DNA of 64,000 nt from Octopus vulgaris (Eukaryota), in contig OX597831.1 of assembly GCA_951406725.2 (NCBI GenBank), positions 55,490,001 through 55,554,000 of the forward strand, given 5' to 3'. Positions within the stretch are counted from its first letter, which is position 1. The number at the start of each line of letters is the position of its first letter. The notes beneath the pieces were generated by a model. That model was not told the DNA's origin, made no database searches, and saw only the letters and a list, made by a program, of their open reading frames with translations. Of the stretch, positions 25,431 through 38,164 are shown piece after piece. A program made the translations under genes and the position numbers.

Positions 25431-25685
25431 ACCAAACCTATCGTTATAAGGCTGTGTTTCTCATAAAGGACGGTAGTAGCATTACAAACCTCGACTCCCT
25501 GAAGGATAAAAAATCTTGCCATACTGGTGCTGGAAAAACCACTGGCTGGACTGTACCTGTCTCCAACTTACAAAAACTGCAGAAAATAAAAATAAAAACA
25601 TGCTATGATACAGTTGCTAATGTTGCTGACTTCTTCGCTGAATCCTGTGCCCCTGGGGCAATGTCACCAAAATTCAATCCTTTCA
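25431..25685 (+). CDS. Melanotransferrin-like transferrin, exon 4
   Basis: TTTGCAG/GTAAGT; YRYKAVFLIK..LKDKKSCHTGAGKTTGW..PV..FFAESCAPG are transferrin signature motifs. Confidence 0.95.
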
Positions 25686-25806
25686 GTAAGTAGTTGGTTT
25701 TACCAAAACATATACTTTTTTCTTACTATGCTCTGAGTAAAAGTGAAAACCACTTGATATATAAGTCAAGTGTGTGTGTATATTGATATGTATATGTGTA
25801 TGTGTG

Positions 25807-25858
<52 letters not shown>

Positions 25859-26085
25859 TGTATGTATGTATGTATCAAGCATTATATTTCTGGCTTCTAG
25901 GTTCATCTTCTTTAGTGTTCTATTTGGTACTACCTTATATCTTTTTGTGATTTCTATATGTATGAGTTCATGGTATATGTTGGAGTCAATATTATATATG
26001 TTTCTAGTTTTGACTGAATGTGTTAAAATATACCATTTTTGGTATCCAAGGACCTTATAAGTATATACATATATATATATATATG

Positions 26086-26127
<42 letters not shown>

Positions 26128-26487
26128 TACATTTATTTATGTATGTATATATATATATGTATATACATGTGTAGATATATGTCTCTATATATATATGTAT
26201 TTATATATGTATGTGTGTGTGTGTGTGCATATATGTATATACACATATAAATACATACACACACACACACACACATACATGCATACACATACACGCACAT
26301 AGTTTAGATTATCCTTTAATATATCATAACTAAATAACTCCAAATTCTAGTATTCAGATTTGTGTTTCCAATCTTGCAGCTTTAAATTTGCTTTTTTTTT
26401 TTTTTGAGATATTTACTGTTTGAATATATTTTGAAAACACACACATATACTATAAACATGTCTGTATTTTTTTTTCTCTTAACTTAG

Positions 26488-26874
26488 CTACCAACCGCCC
26501 TGCTGTTTGCGGACTTTGTACAGACTGTTCAACGACTAGCTCGTTTGCTGGATATAATGGTGCTTTAAAATGCCTTCTGGATGACAAAGGAGGGGATATT
26601 GCATTTGTTAGCCACAGGGAACTGGGAAAAGAAGGTTCATTATCTCTGCTCTGTCCTGATGGGAGTGTGAAAAATCAATCTGAATATGAAAGCTGCAATT
26701 GGGCAACTAGACCATCAGATGTCTTTGTTACCTCTCCTGAAATGGAAAATGGTAAATTGACAGAGATTACTAAAGCACTTAAAGATAATGCAGACAAAAT
26801 TAAGAAACACCTTGATACTTTCAAGGATAGCAAGAATTTCAAAGAAACAAGTGAAAATTACAAAACAATAATGG
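26488..26874 (+). CDS. Melanotransferrin-like transferrin, exon 5
   Basis: CTTAG/GTGAGT; VCGLC..C..FAGYNGALKCL..GDIAFVSH..LLCPDG..YESCNWA..PS; 387 nt, phase 1-1. Confidence 0.95.
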
Positions 26875-26929
26875 GTGAGTAAGCAATACTTTATTATTAT
26901 ATTTGTGTGTGTGTGTGTTTGTTTTCAAG

Positions 26930-27390
26930 TTGAGAGTAGCATGGTAGATAAAGCAATCAAGGATATGAAGAGAGAGAAAGCTGCAGGTTTGTCAGGGTTA
27001 GTTGCAGAGATGCCACAAATATCTGGTGAAATAGGACACCTGATGTAGAAGTCTCATGGTAAACTGCAACAAAGGCAGAGAAGATATGTTAGAGTGAAGC
27101 CACTATAGAGGAGTCAAACTACTAGATCAAATTATGAAGATCACTGAGATTATCATAACACAATTGATCTGTGGCAGAGTAGACTTAGATGGGATAAAGT
27201 TTGGCTTTGTTCTGAGACAAGGCACCACAGATGCAGATTTTTCTTGGGAGGCAACTGCAGGAGAAATATTGGGTTAAAAATAAACCACTATCTCGGACTG
27301 CCACTGATCTGGAGAGTGTTTAATAGACTACCACATTTAATAATTTTATGGTTATTGAGGAAACTAGGTGTAGTTGAATGGATTAGCAAA
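26930..27390 (+). mobile_element. RTE-clade LINE reverse transcriptase remnant (intron 5)
   Basis: AIKDMKREKAAG..AEM, YRGVKLL..MK, FGFV..GTTDA motifs, broken by stops. Confidence 0.7.
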
Positions 27391-27954
27391 TGTCTTGTGC
27401 TATCGCCCTTGGCTAGCCAAAGCCTCATAAATGGATTTAGGAAATGGAAACCTGAAAGAAACCTATTATATGTTGTGTGTGTGGATTTGTTTTTGTATCT
27501 CCTTATCTTGACACCACATACTATTTCAAAATGAGTGTTACCATAATACAAATAGTGTCCCTCGTTTCCAGTCTTCCATGAAAACATTTACAGCCATGGG
27601 AAAATGTTAACTTTCTTGTAAGGGTTGGTGACAGGAAAGGTATTCAGCCATAAAAAATATGCCTCAACAAATTGTATCTGACCCATGCAAGCATGGAAAA
27701 ATGAACTTTATGAAGATGCTGGTGATGGTGATGCTCATGTTGCTGATGTGTGTGTGTGTGTGTGTTAAAAGCATCCAGCACACTGTAAAATGGTTAGCAT
27801 TAGGTAGAGCATCCAGCTGTAGAAACCATACCAAATCAAACTGGATCCTGATGCAGCTTCCAAGATTGCTAGCATGGAAAATGAACATTAAAGGAAGATG
27901 ATTATGATGATGATGATATAGAGAGAGTTTTTTTTTTCTTTTCTCTTTTTTAAG

Positions 27955-28207
27955 GTGATGGATTTTTCAATACATTTGAGTATTATCACACTTGTAAAGA
28001 TGATCTAAGATGGTGCACTGTGAGTGATGAAGAAATGAAGAAATGTTCAGATTTGAAATTGGCTTTTGCTGCAAAACGTGCAACCAATAAACTGAAATGT
28101 GTGAAGGGTACAGATGCTCGTGACTGTATTAGAAAAGTAACAGACAAAAAAGCGGATTTTGTTGTTTTAGACGGTGGAATTATTGTAGATGCCAAAAATG
28201 ATGATAA
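27955..28207 (+). CDS. Melanotransferrin-like transferrin, exon 6 (lobe junction, start of C-lobe)
   Basis: TTTAAG/GTAAGT; LRWCTVSDEEMKKC..LKCV..DCIRKV..ADFVVLDGG. Confidence 0.95.
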
Positions 28208-30389
28208 GTAAGTCTTTACTTCTTTTCATTTGCATAGATTATTTTTGTTTTGTTCATAGTTTATACACTAAAAATATGTTAATTGTCTTTAATAAATTTC
28301 AAAACTAAAATCAATGACTTTTCAATACTTAAGCTAATTAATGGGAGGCATTGACTCACCCAGCTGCTCCTGCCCTCTTGAATAATCATATATCAGTTAT
28401 ATTCTACACTGTCAATATATGAATTGTTGATTATTTTTCTCTTACGTTTCTTTTAGAATCTTGCTGGTGTTGTCTAAAAGCACCCAGTACACCTTGTAAA
28501 GTGGTTTTGCATTAGGAAGGGCATCAAGCCATAGAAACCATGCCAAAACAGACATGGAACCTGGGCAGCTCTTCAGCTGGCCAACTTCTGTCAAACCATC
28601 CAATCCATGCCAGCATTGAAAAAAGATTATAATGATGATGATAATGATAATGATGATCCTTCAGGAGCAATGAATTAGTATAGGCTATAGATCACTGGAC
28701 TAAATTGTTTTACTCATGTACATTCTGAGTTGAAATTTTGCTGAAATTCGTTTTTCCTTTCATTTCCTTGGGGTTGATACAATACATAGCAAATATACTC
28801 AGTCCAAAATTACTCAACTTTACAACTTCTCTATAAAACATGACCTCATATTTTTGTTTATAGAAATCCTTATTCTTCACAGACTTCTTTTTTTTAAACA
28901 CTGTGTAACTCAATTTTTGTCCTTGGGTAGCAACTGATATTTCCTATTTGCTTACCCCTAGAAAGCATGAAAAATAGCTAATATTTCCTTCAAATTTTGC
29001 TTTTGTTACATATATTCAAACCCAAAAGAATCTCTCTCAACACATGGCTATGATGCTCCCCCTCTACTCCTGCTCATGATCAGAGATCACATATTGTCAG
29101 TCACCAAGGAACATGCTCAAGTGGTTAATGTCAAGTAGTTTACAAGTAAATCTGTGGTATTGAGCAGAATACTTACTATAATGATATGTGTGAAATGTAA
29201 TGGAAATTAGATCAGTTTACTGCCCATCAAGGGGTCCCCTACTCGAATTTCTGTGAAAGTGCATGCCTGCAACTTTATTTCTAGGCCATAAACAAACAAA
29301 AGATTAATTTTGGTGAAGATGGGTGGCAGAGTGCTGGAATTATGGGGCCAAAAGAGAAGCTTAAGAGGGTTATCTGCCCGGGGGGGGGGGGGGCACAATC
29401 GATGTACGGAAAAATAAAATAGCTTATGATGCGTAATAGGACTTAAGAAACCCATGTATGAAATTTGGTGCACATCTATTGTAAAATGTAGAAATGCATA
29501 CAGCTACACAGACTGACAGACATCTGTATTATATATTCACTAATTTCTCTCACTAACACATCTGTTTTTAAAAGTAATGAATTTTTAAAATCATAGTCAT
29601 CTTCAAAAAGCAAAAACAGGGTGTTAGTCAATTACATCAACCCCTGTGTTCAACTGGTACTTTTTACCAACCCCAAAAGGATGAAAGGCAATGTCGACCT
29701 CAGCAGAATTTGGACTCTGAATGTAAAGGCCAATAAAATGGCTTTTGCCTGGCATGCTAATGATTCTACCAGCTTGCTGCCTCTAAGCAGAAGTAGATAT
29801 TAGGCTGAGTTTTTACAACTAGATGTCAGCCTTTATTTTATAAGTATGGAGCTTTTATTCTAGATTTCAAGAACACAGAGGCAGCAAACAATTTTGTAGG
29901 CAGGAATTGTAAATAAATTTAACCAGTTGCAATGCAGTCACATATGATGATGCCATCCTCTTGACTTGCTGTTCAGCATAATTTTGTAAACATTTGCCCA
30001 CACGTGACAGGCTTCTTTCAGTTTTCACCTACCAAATTCTCTCTCAAGGCATTAGTTGACCTGGAACAATAGAAGTCACTTGCCCATGGTGTTGCCATGC
30101 AATGGGGCTGATTTCAAAACCATGTGGTTGAAAACTAAACTTCCTAAACTTCTCAACCTTACCAACCATACCTGCACCTACTTTATATATAGATAACCAG
30201 AAACAGAACACATTTTATCATATTTATTAACTGAAAATGATTCTAAAGAAATATTCTAATACCCCTGCCATTTGTTCTCATAACAATCTTCAGCTAAATA
30301 CACCTGAGCTAAATGCAGATGGCAGGTACAAACAATTTATTATTGTTATTATTATTGTTGTTGTATTTCTATTTCTATTTCTTTTTTAG

Positions 30390-30511
30390 ATGTAAAATTA
30401 CACCTGGAATATCTGAAACTCATATAACAGAAAAGAATGCTCAGGAAGCCTCCTACTATGCCGTGGCTGTGGTAAAGAAAGACTCCAAATTGAAGTTTCC
30501 TCATTTGAAAG
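30390..30511 (+). CDS. Melanotransferrin-like transferrin, exon 7
   Basis: TTTTAG/GTTTGT; ..ASYYAVAVVKKDS..LK; phase 2 to 1 fits both neighbours. Confidence 0.93.
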
Positions 30512-31106
30512 GTTTGTCATACCATTTATATTTGAAATGGACCTCTTGCTTTTCTATTTATTTCTGGTTTATTCACATGTGCATTGCTGTGTGGTTAAGT
30601 TCACTTTGCCACCACATTTTTCCAGGTGTCTTAGCACGGCACAACATCATGGGCATCTTCTACTATGTGTTCAAACTGAGCTGTGCCTTGTGAGTGGAAA
30701 TTGGTAGATGTAAACTAGATGAAAGCCTGTTGTATATATGTATGAATGTCTTGGGTATGACATTAAACTGCATCTGGTGGCAAGGCTCAAGTTTGGGACT
30801 TCTGGAGTTGTGGGGAGTATGTGGTCACCCCTTAATTATCATTACTTTCAGGTCTATTCTGACCGGGAATGGTAGTACCTGTCAGGGTCCCATCTATGGG
30901 TTAAATAGATTTTTGTAAGGATAGATCAAGCAAATACTGATCAGACACAGACAGTATGTTGTTAGCCACTTGGAGGAGATATATTCCTGTGGCTATAAAC
31001 AAAAGTAGCATCATCCCATATGGGTCAACCATATTTAGGTGGCAAATATACTTCATGATGTTGTGCTGCTACTTTTTACATCTTGCTCAGAGATTTATTA
31101 TTGCTT

Positions 31107-31141
31107 ATATATACATATATATATATACATACATTGTATAT

Positions 31142-31188
<47 letters not shown>

Positions 31189-31291
31189 CATATATATATA
31201 TATACATACATATATATATATATACATACATATATATATATATACATACATATATATATATACATATATACATATATATATATATACATAC

Positions 31292-31348
<57 letters not shown>

Positions 31349-31369
31349 TACATATATATATATATACAC

Positions 31370-31400
<31 letters not shown>

Positions 31401-31711
31401 TATATATACACACACACACACATATATATACACACACACAAATATATATATACACACACAAATATATATATATATACACACACAAATATATATATATATA
31501 CACACATATACATATATATATATATATATACACACACACACGTATATATATACATATATATATGTATACACATATATATATATATAAAAAGATATATATA
31601 TACATATATACACATATATATATATATATATACACACACAAATATATATATATATACACACACACACATATATGTATACATATATATATATATATATAAA
31701 AAGATATATAT

Positions 31712-31744
<33 letters not shown>
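31107..31744. repeat. Long compound (TA)/(CA) microsatellite in intron 7
   Basis: Seen directly; produces the spurious YI-repeat ORFs. Confidence 0.95.
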
Positions 31745-33485
31745 ATTTATTACTTATTATTTAATTGAACGTGATGCATCTTCACCTTTTTGATGCAAGC
31801 ATGGAATGGTGGATATTAAATGAATGATGATGATAATATGAGCAATATCAGATACGCCATTGTCTTTCTTTCTTTAAGCTGGCAACAGAATGGTTCCTAA
31901 TCTAAGGTCTAAGCACCCTTGGAAGTTCATGAGTTTCGTTCAAAATCTGAAATGAATACAATACAAAATATATAATTATTCAGTTAGATAGTTACTTTCA
32001 AGTGAGAAATGGACCTGGAAATAGTATATTTGTTGTTAGTTAATAAAATTGGGTCCCTTAAAAACCTGGGTGCCCTATGGGTAAAATTGTTTAATTGAAA
32101 GAGTTTTTTTGGTTGGAAAAAAGGTTAGGAACTACTCTAGTAAGATGTCATATGGGGGACAATTGGCTGCTATTGCAAGTATACTCTTTTACTTGTTTCA
32201 GTCATTTGACTGCGGCCATGCTGGAGCACCGCCTTTAGTCGAGTAAATCGACCCTGGGACTTATTCTTTGTAAGCCCAGTACTTATTCTGTCGGTCTCTT
32301 TTTGCCGAACTGCTTAGTGACGGGGACGTAAACACACCAGCATCGGTTTTCAAGCAATGCTAGGGGGACAAACACAAACACACACACACACACATATATA
32401 TATATACATATATACGACAGGCTTCTTTCAGTTTCCGTCTACCAAATCCACTCACAAGGCATTGGTCGGCCCGGGGCTATAGCAGAAGACACTTGCCCAA
32501 GATGCCACGCAGTGGGACTGAACCCGGAACCATGTGGTTGGTTAGCAAGCTACTTACCACACAGCCACTCCTGCGCCTATGTTGAACAATTCCATAGAAG
32601 ATCTTTATTTGGATGTACTTCCTCAAACAGTAATACTACTGTATAATTGATAAACGTTTTGCTGTACGTGAATTGAGTTGAAATCCTATCATTGATACAG
32701 CTTTGAGAGCAATGGGCTAGCTTATCTTAGATACACCACTACATAAAGAAAGTATAAACCTTAACGATGTGCCTATGTGAACCAGTGCATTGTGGGAGTC
32801 AGAATTCAGGCTGTTCAGATATTTACTTACATGTAAATTGATAGATCTGTTTTTCCTTATTGGTTACTCTTTTTACTCTTTTACTTGTTTCAGTCATTTG
32901 ACTGCGGCCATGCTGGAGCACCGCCTTTAGTCGAGTAAATCGACCCCGGAACTTATTCTTTGTAAGCCCAGTACTTATTCTATCGGTCTCTTTTTGCCGA
33001 ACCGCTAAGTGACGGGGACGTAAACACACCAGCATCGGTTGTCAAGCAATGCTAGGGGGACAAACACAGACACACAAACATACACACACACACCTATATA
33101 AATATATATATATACATATATACGACAGGCTTCTTTCAGTTTCCGTCTACCAAATCCAATCACAAGGCATTGGTCGGCCCGGGGCTATAGCAGGAGACAC
33201 TTGCCCAAGATGCCACGCAGTGGGACTGAACCCGGAACCATGTGGTTGGTTAGCAGTTAGCAAGCTACTTACCACATAGCCACTCTGAATCTAAAAAACA
33301 AAAATTTATTTTTGTTACATTTGGTCCATTTTAATTATTCATTACTGTTAGAAACAGTATCCATTTACAGTAAATCAATTCAGTGTTTGTTAGTTAGCAT
33401 ATTCATTATTTTGACTACTGTTATTTAAATTTTTTTTAGTTTTATTTTTAAATAATTTTTTCCCCCACCTCTTTCTCTCATTTAG

Positions 33486-34261
33486 GTGCCAAATCATGTC
33501 ACACTGGTTATGGTAAAACATCAGGATGGAAGGTGCCGGTTGGTTTGTTAATTGAAAAGAATGAGATTAAAAATGATAATATTGCTAAAAATGTTGGGGC
33601 ATATTTCTCTAAAAGTTGCGTTCCTGGAGCTTTAGACGCAAAAAATAATCCAAATCATGGTAACCCTGCATCTTTGTGTGCGCTTTGCCCAAATGATGGC
33701 AAGGAATGTTCTGCAAGCAAGAAGAACAAATACTATGGCTATACAGGTGCTTTCCGATGTCTAGCTGAGGATACTGGTGAGGTGGCATTTGTGAAACACA
33801 CCACAGTTTTGGAAAGCACTGATGGTAAAGGAAAAGAAGAGTGGGAAAAAGATCTAAAATCAGAAGATTACGAACTTTTATGTAGCGACGGCTCACGTGA
33901 GTCAGTTCAAAACTGGCTCACATGTCATCTTGCCAAAGTTCCTGCACATGCAATGGTTTTCAATGACGACCAAGTGGCAAAGCGTATGTACAGTGTATTC
34001 AGTTACTTGGATTTGGGATCCAGTGAAACCAAGGATCTTTTATTCTCATCCAGTGATGGTAAAAATCTTCTTTTCAAGGAGAGTGCAATTGGGCTTTCAT
34101 ATATTTCTGAGCCACAGAAATTCATACCTCATACATACCAAGACATTCTTGAGAACTTCAGTTCGAATGAAAAAATATGTTCTGCTGCTTCTTCCACTCT
34201 CTATAATACATACACTTTGTTACTCCTCGCCTTCATAGTTTTCTTAAAGCAAATTTTTTAA
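33486..34261 (+). CDS. Melanotransferrin-like transferrin, exon 8 (rest of C-lobe plus GPI-type signal)
   Basis: KSCHTGYGKTSGW, SCVPG, LCALC, YYGYTGAFRCL, VAFVKH, YELLC.DG, CHLAKVPAHAM; ends CSAASS-spacer-LLLLAFIVFLKQIF*. The 8 exons total 2085 nt, giving 694 aa. Confidence 0.97.
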
Positions 34262-34609
34262 TCCTTTCCCCCCACTGTCAGTGTGTATGCATGTGTGTGT
34301 ATATATATATATTATAAAAAATATATATATATTATAATATATATATATAAATATATATATATATTATAATATATATATATATATTATAATATATATATAT
34401 ATATATATTATAATATATATCTATATTATAATATATATCTATATATATTATAATATATTTAAATGGATGAATGAATTATCCTTTGTTTACTGTTAACATG
34501 GAAAATTCAATAAACAGTTACCAGGGTAGCAAAATTCACACAAGTAACACGGATGAAGCGACCTATTCAAAGGTAGAAACTCCGGGTTAATGTGCAGTAA
34601 TTTGTGTAT

Positions 34610-34899
34610 TATAAGTAAATAAATGGAGTTGAACGCAGATGTTATTAAAATTCTTTTACTTTCGACATATGTTTCGAAGACAACATGGTATTATTCCGAA
34701 GGAATAAACGGTATAAAATGCAATCTTCTCATCAGGAGAATGTCTTGTTGTTGAGATAAGCTCTCTTTCTTTCCTGATGAGAAGATTGCATTTTACACCA
34801 TTTATTCTTTTGGAATAATACCATGTTGTCTTCGAAACATATGTCGAAAGTAAAAGAATTTTAATAACATCTGCGTTCAACTCCATTTATTTACTTATA
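34610..34899. repeat. Near-perfect inverted repeat (128-nt arms, 34-nt spacer) downstream of the transferrin stop
   Basis: Arms 34610-34737 and 34772-34899 differ at only 4 positions. Confidence 0.95.
34769..34850 (+). ncRNA. Minimal type I hammerhead ribozyme motif (Penelope pLTR type)
   Basis: Stem I CTTTC/GAAAG; core CTGATGA (34774-34780); stem II GAAGA/TCTTC; GAAA (34834-34837); stem III with palindrome CATATG; GUC cleavage triplet at 34843-34845. Confidence 0.75.
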
Positions 34900-35112
34900 T
34901 TATAATATATATATATGTGTGTGTGTGTGTGTATTCTTTTGCTAATAATTTCATCTCAAATATTAGTTTTTTCTTTTTTATTTTATTCTCAATCTTTTCT
35001 CTCTTCTACTATACCATTCTCTGCCTAACCTGTTCTACCACTGTTTTAAACATTCAAATTATTTTTCTACATTTGTAATATTTCATAATGTTTATAAAAT
35101 TACAAAATTTGT

Positions 35113-35118
35113 AATAAA
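35113..35118 (+). terminator. Candidate distal polyadenylation signal of the transferrin-like gene
   Basis: AATAAA, then CA about 17 nt later and T/GT-rich sequence; other AATAAA at 34509, 34618 and 34703. Confidence 0.45.
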
Positions 35119-37110
35119 AAAAACATATATTTCTACAAAACCTATTTTAGTCCTTGTGTATAGTATCTTTTACTTTTTACTCGTTTCAATCGTTACACAG
35201 CAGCCATGCTGGGACACCGCCTTGAAATTTTATTTTTTTTAAAGCCTGGTATTTATTCCGTCGATCCCTTTTATTGAACCACAAAGTTACAGCGATGTAA
35301 ACAAACCAACACCAGTTATCAATCGGTGGTGGGGAACAAACACAGATACAAAGACACACATACAAATGGTAAGCTTCTTTCAGTTTCCATCTACCAAATC
35401 CACACATAAGGTTTTGGTTGATCTGAGGCTATAGTAGAAGACGCTTGCCCAAGGTGTCATGCAGTGAAATTGAACCCAGAACCACGTGGTTGGGAAGCAG
35501 ATTTCTTACCATACAATGTATGCGCACATATGCATAAATACATTTTTTTCTTTTTTAACTAAGTCCTAGGTGAAGAGAAGGAACTCTGCTCATTATCCTC
35601 TCATGCTCTTCCAGCTTCAACTCTGGTTTTGGTTAAGAAAAGTGCAACAGCTTTTGGGAATATCATTGGAATTGTATAACTAAAAGTAAATCCTATAACT
35701 CAGTGAATTAAAGACACAGTCCAAAGACTGCTTGCGAGAGTATTAGAAATTAATAGTGTGAATTAATAGAACTCTTGTCAATAAGTTTGTGCTTAACAAA
35801 ATTTACTCCTTTCATCATCATCATCGTTTAACTGAAAACAACTAAGCAACCATGTTCTTTTGAACATCTGCTAAGGGAACTGAAAAGTGAATACAGGTTA
35901 CCATGTGTTCTACAACTAACAGCTATTTTAAAGCTGTGACTGACCTTAGTGCTATCAGCTACTTGTTAGAGTTTCTAGCACTAGAAAGTCAGTTTAGTGC
36001 TTATAGTAATTTAAAAAACAAAATCTATTCAATAGAGATATTAAATTAACAAAAGTGCCTTTTCCAGTAAATGTTTTTCATACATTAAAGAGATCAATTC
36101 TTTAGGTTGCTCATCTTTTCAATTGATTAACATCATCTTTCACTCTGGAAATCTTTGAAAATTGTACTTACAGTCAATCTTCCGTTTTCTTTGTATATGT
36201 GTATACAGTTTATTAAAGCTGAATTGCTCTCTTTATATATATATGTAATGTAATGTAATGTAATATGTGTGAGATGGTGATGTACATATATATGCATACA
36301 CACACAACTCAAAAGTAAATAGACTCCATTCTCTTTTAAAAGATCTATTCCTAGAAACAAAATAATGTCATTGATGCAGTTTTTAATGATTTAATTCGTT
36401 GGGGCATTGTTCTAATGAGTTCATAAATTGTCTCCAGTGGAATTTTTACTCAGGTTGCACTCATGTTGAACAACATGTTCATAGGGCCCAGGTTAAACTG
36501 AATGAGATGCTGTCGATTCCTTTTGCTGGCGAATTGTAAAGTCATTCTATTTATTGACCGTGACAAGAAGAATCCTTATGTTTTGTGCAATCTTACACAC
36601 TAGCAAATTTCACCCTCACACCAACCCACTATATACCCAATTTGAAAATCATATGACTTTTGCTTTTGGTATTCACAGCATGGGTGGTTACTATAAACAA
36701 TTAATGAAATACACACATATCTTCCTGGCTTTAAGGGTGTCACAAAAGTCACCTTTCCATACTTGCATGGATGAGCTGTAATTTTTGAGGCAGATTTTCT
36801 GTGGCTGGATGCCTTTCCTGTCACCAACAGAAAAGGTTCTTTTACAGGGCTTTAGAAAAACTGAAGGACCACTGTAATAAGTGTGTGAATCTGAGAGGGG
36901 AATATGTTGAATAAAATCATAATTTACTGATCTTCTTGTATTTTCTTTTACTCAAAGCCAGGAACTTTACACCACCTGCTTATTTATAACTATAATATAT
37001 ATATATAGTAATATAAATAAAATATATTAGGGAACAACAAGTATTCCAGGTTATCAGGAAGTTTACTATTTTACACTTTTCTAATAAAATGTAAAAAGTA
37101 TATTTTATAA

Positions 37111-38164
37111 TATTATTATTACAAATTTGTAATATTTACCAATAGATAAGCAACTCCTATTTCAGGATAACCTAATGGTATGGTATATGCAGAGAAAATT
37201 ACATCAAATAGAATAATTAAAATAACATACAATAAAATTAGTTAATTAAATTTGCTACACGTGTTTCTGCACTGATGGGGGGGGGGGGTGTATTAAGGCT
37301 ATACTTAATGCATAAATATGCCAGTGCGTCCTCAGGCTATGTATATTATTATTATGTATGGGTAAAAGTTTAAAATCATATTAAAAATAAAAATTACAAA
37401 TATATTTATAAAAATATTAGATACCTAAAATAAAATTAAGATATATATTGAAAATGCTCTACCTAAGAAAATTGTTAATGATTAACTTAGAAATATATCA
37501 AAAGTGTTTTGAGATTTATGTTACATAAATGTGGCCTGTCTATTCATTTAAAGGTAATATTGTTTAATAAATTCTTAGTTCTTAGTATATACATATATAA
37601 TACTACTATAAATATTATTAAAACTTCTAGTAACTTTATCCCTCATAAGTGTGTAGAGATGATATAGGGGGGGGGTATTTGATATATTTTTCATTTTATT
37701 ATATGTAAAGATATTCTTATGTTGGCATTTTATTTCTCACTCTTCATTACTGTTTAATAATAACTCTCGACTAGAGTATTTTCATAAGCTCTGTTGTACA
37801 TAATAAGGACGTTTTGTTATCTATTTTCACTCTATAAATAATATACCAATACACTTCACTCTACAAATAATATAGCAATTAAGGGTGTATACATTTTATT
37901 AGATTTTAACTTTTACCCGCACATAATGATAATATTAATAACCTGAGGATGCAGTGGTGTATTTATGTATTAAGTATAGTCTTAATACATACCCCATCAG
38001 TGCAGAAACACGTGTAGCGATTACTTGTATTACCTTAACTAATTTTATTGTATGTTATTTTATTTTATTTGATGTAATTTTCACTGCGTATACCATACCA
38101 TGAGGTTATCCTGAAATAGGAGTTGCTTATCTATTGGTGAATATCCTAAATTTGTAATAATAAA
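37111..38164. mobile_element. Long inverted repeat (about 265-bp arms) with a degenerate hammerhead motif in each arm; probably Penelope-derived
   Basis: Arms about 37111-37378 and 37901-38164. Plus copy: CTGAGGA (37943), stem TGCAGTGGTG/CATCAGTGCA, GAAA-CACGTG-TA (38005-38016). Confidence 0.65.

Noticed and set aside
30956-31745. Long ORFs of 180-250 aa on both strands
   Set aside because: They are translations of a TA/CA microsatellite; the same applies at 9039-9599, 26020-26302 and 39202-39530.
34273-34289. C-ACTGT-CAGTGT IRE-like motif just after the stop codon
   Set aside because: The loop and C spacing fit, but ACTGT does not pair with GTATG; it sits at the start of a (GT)n tract.
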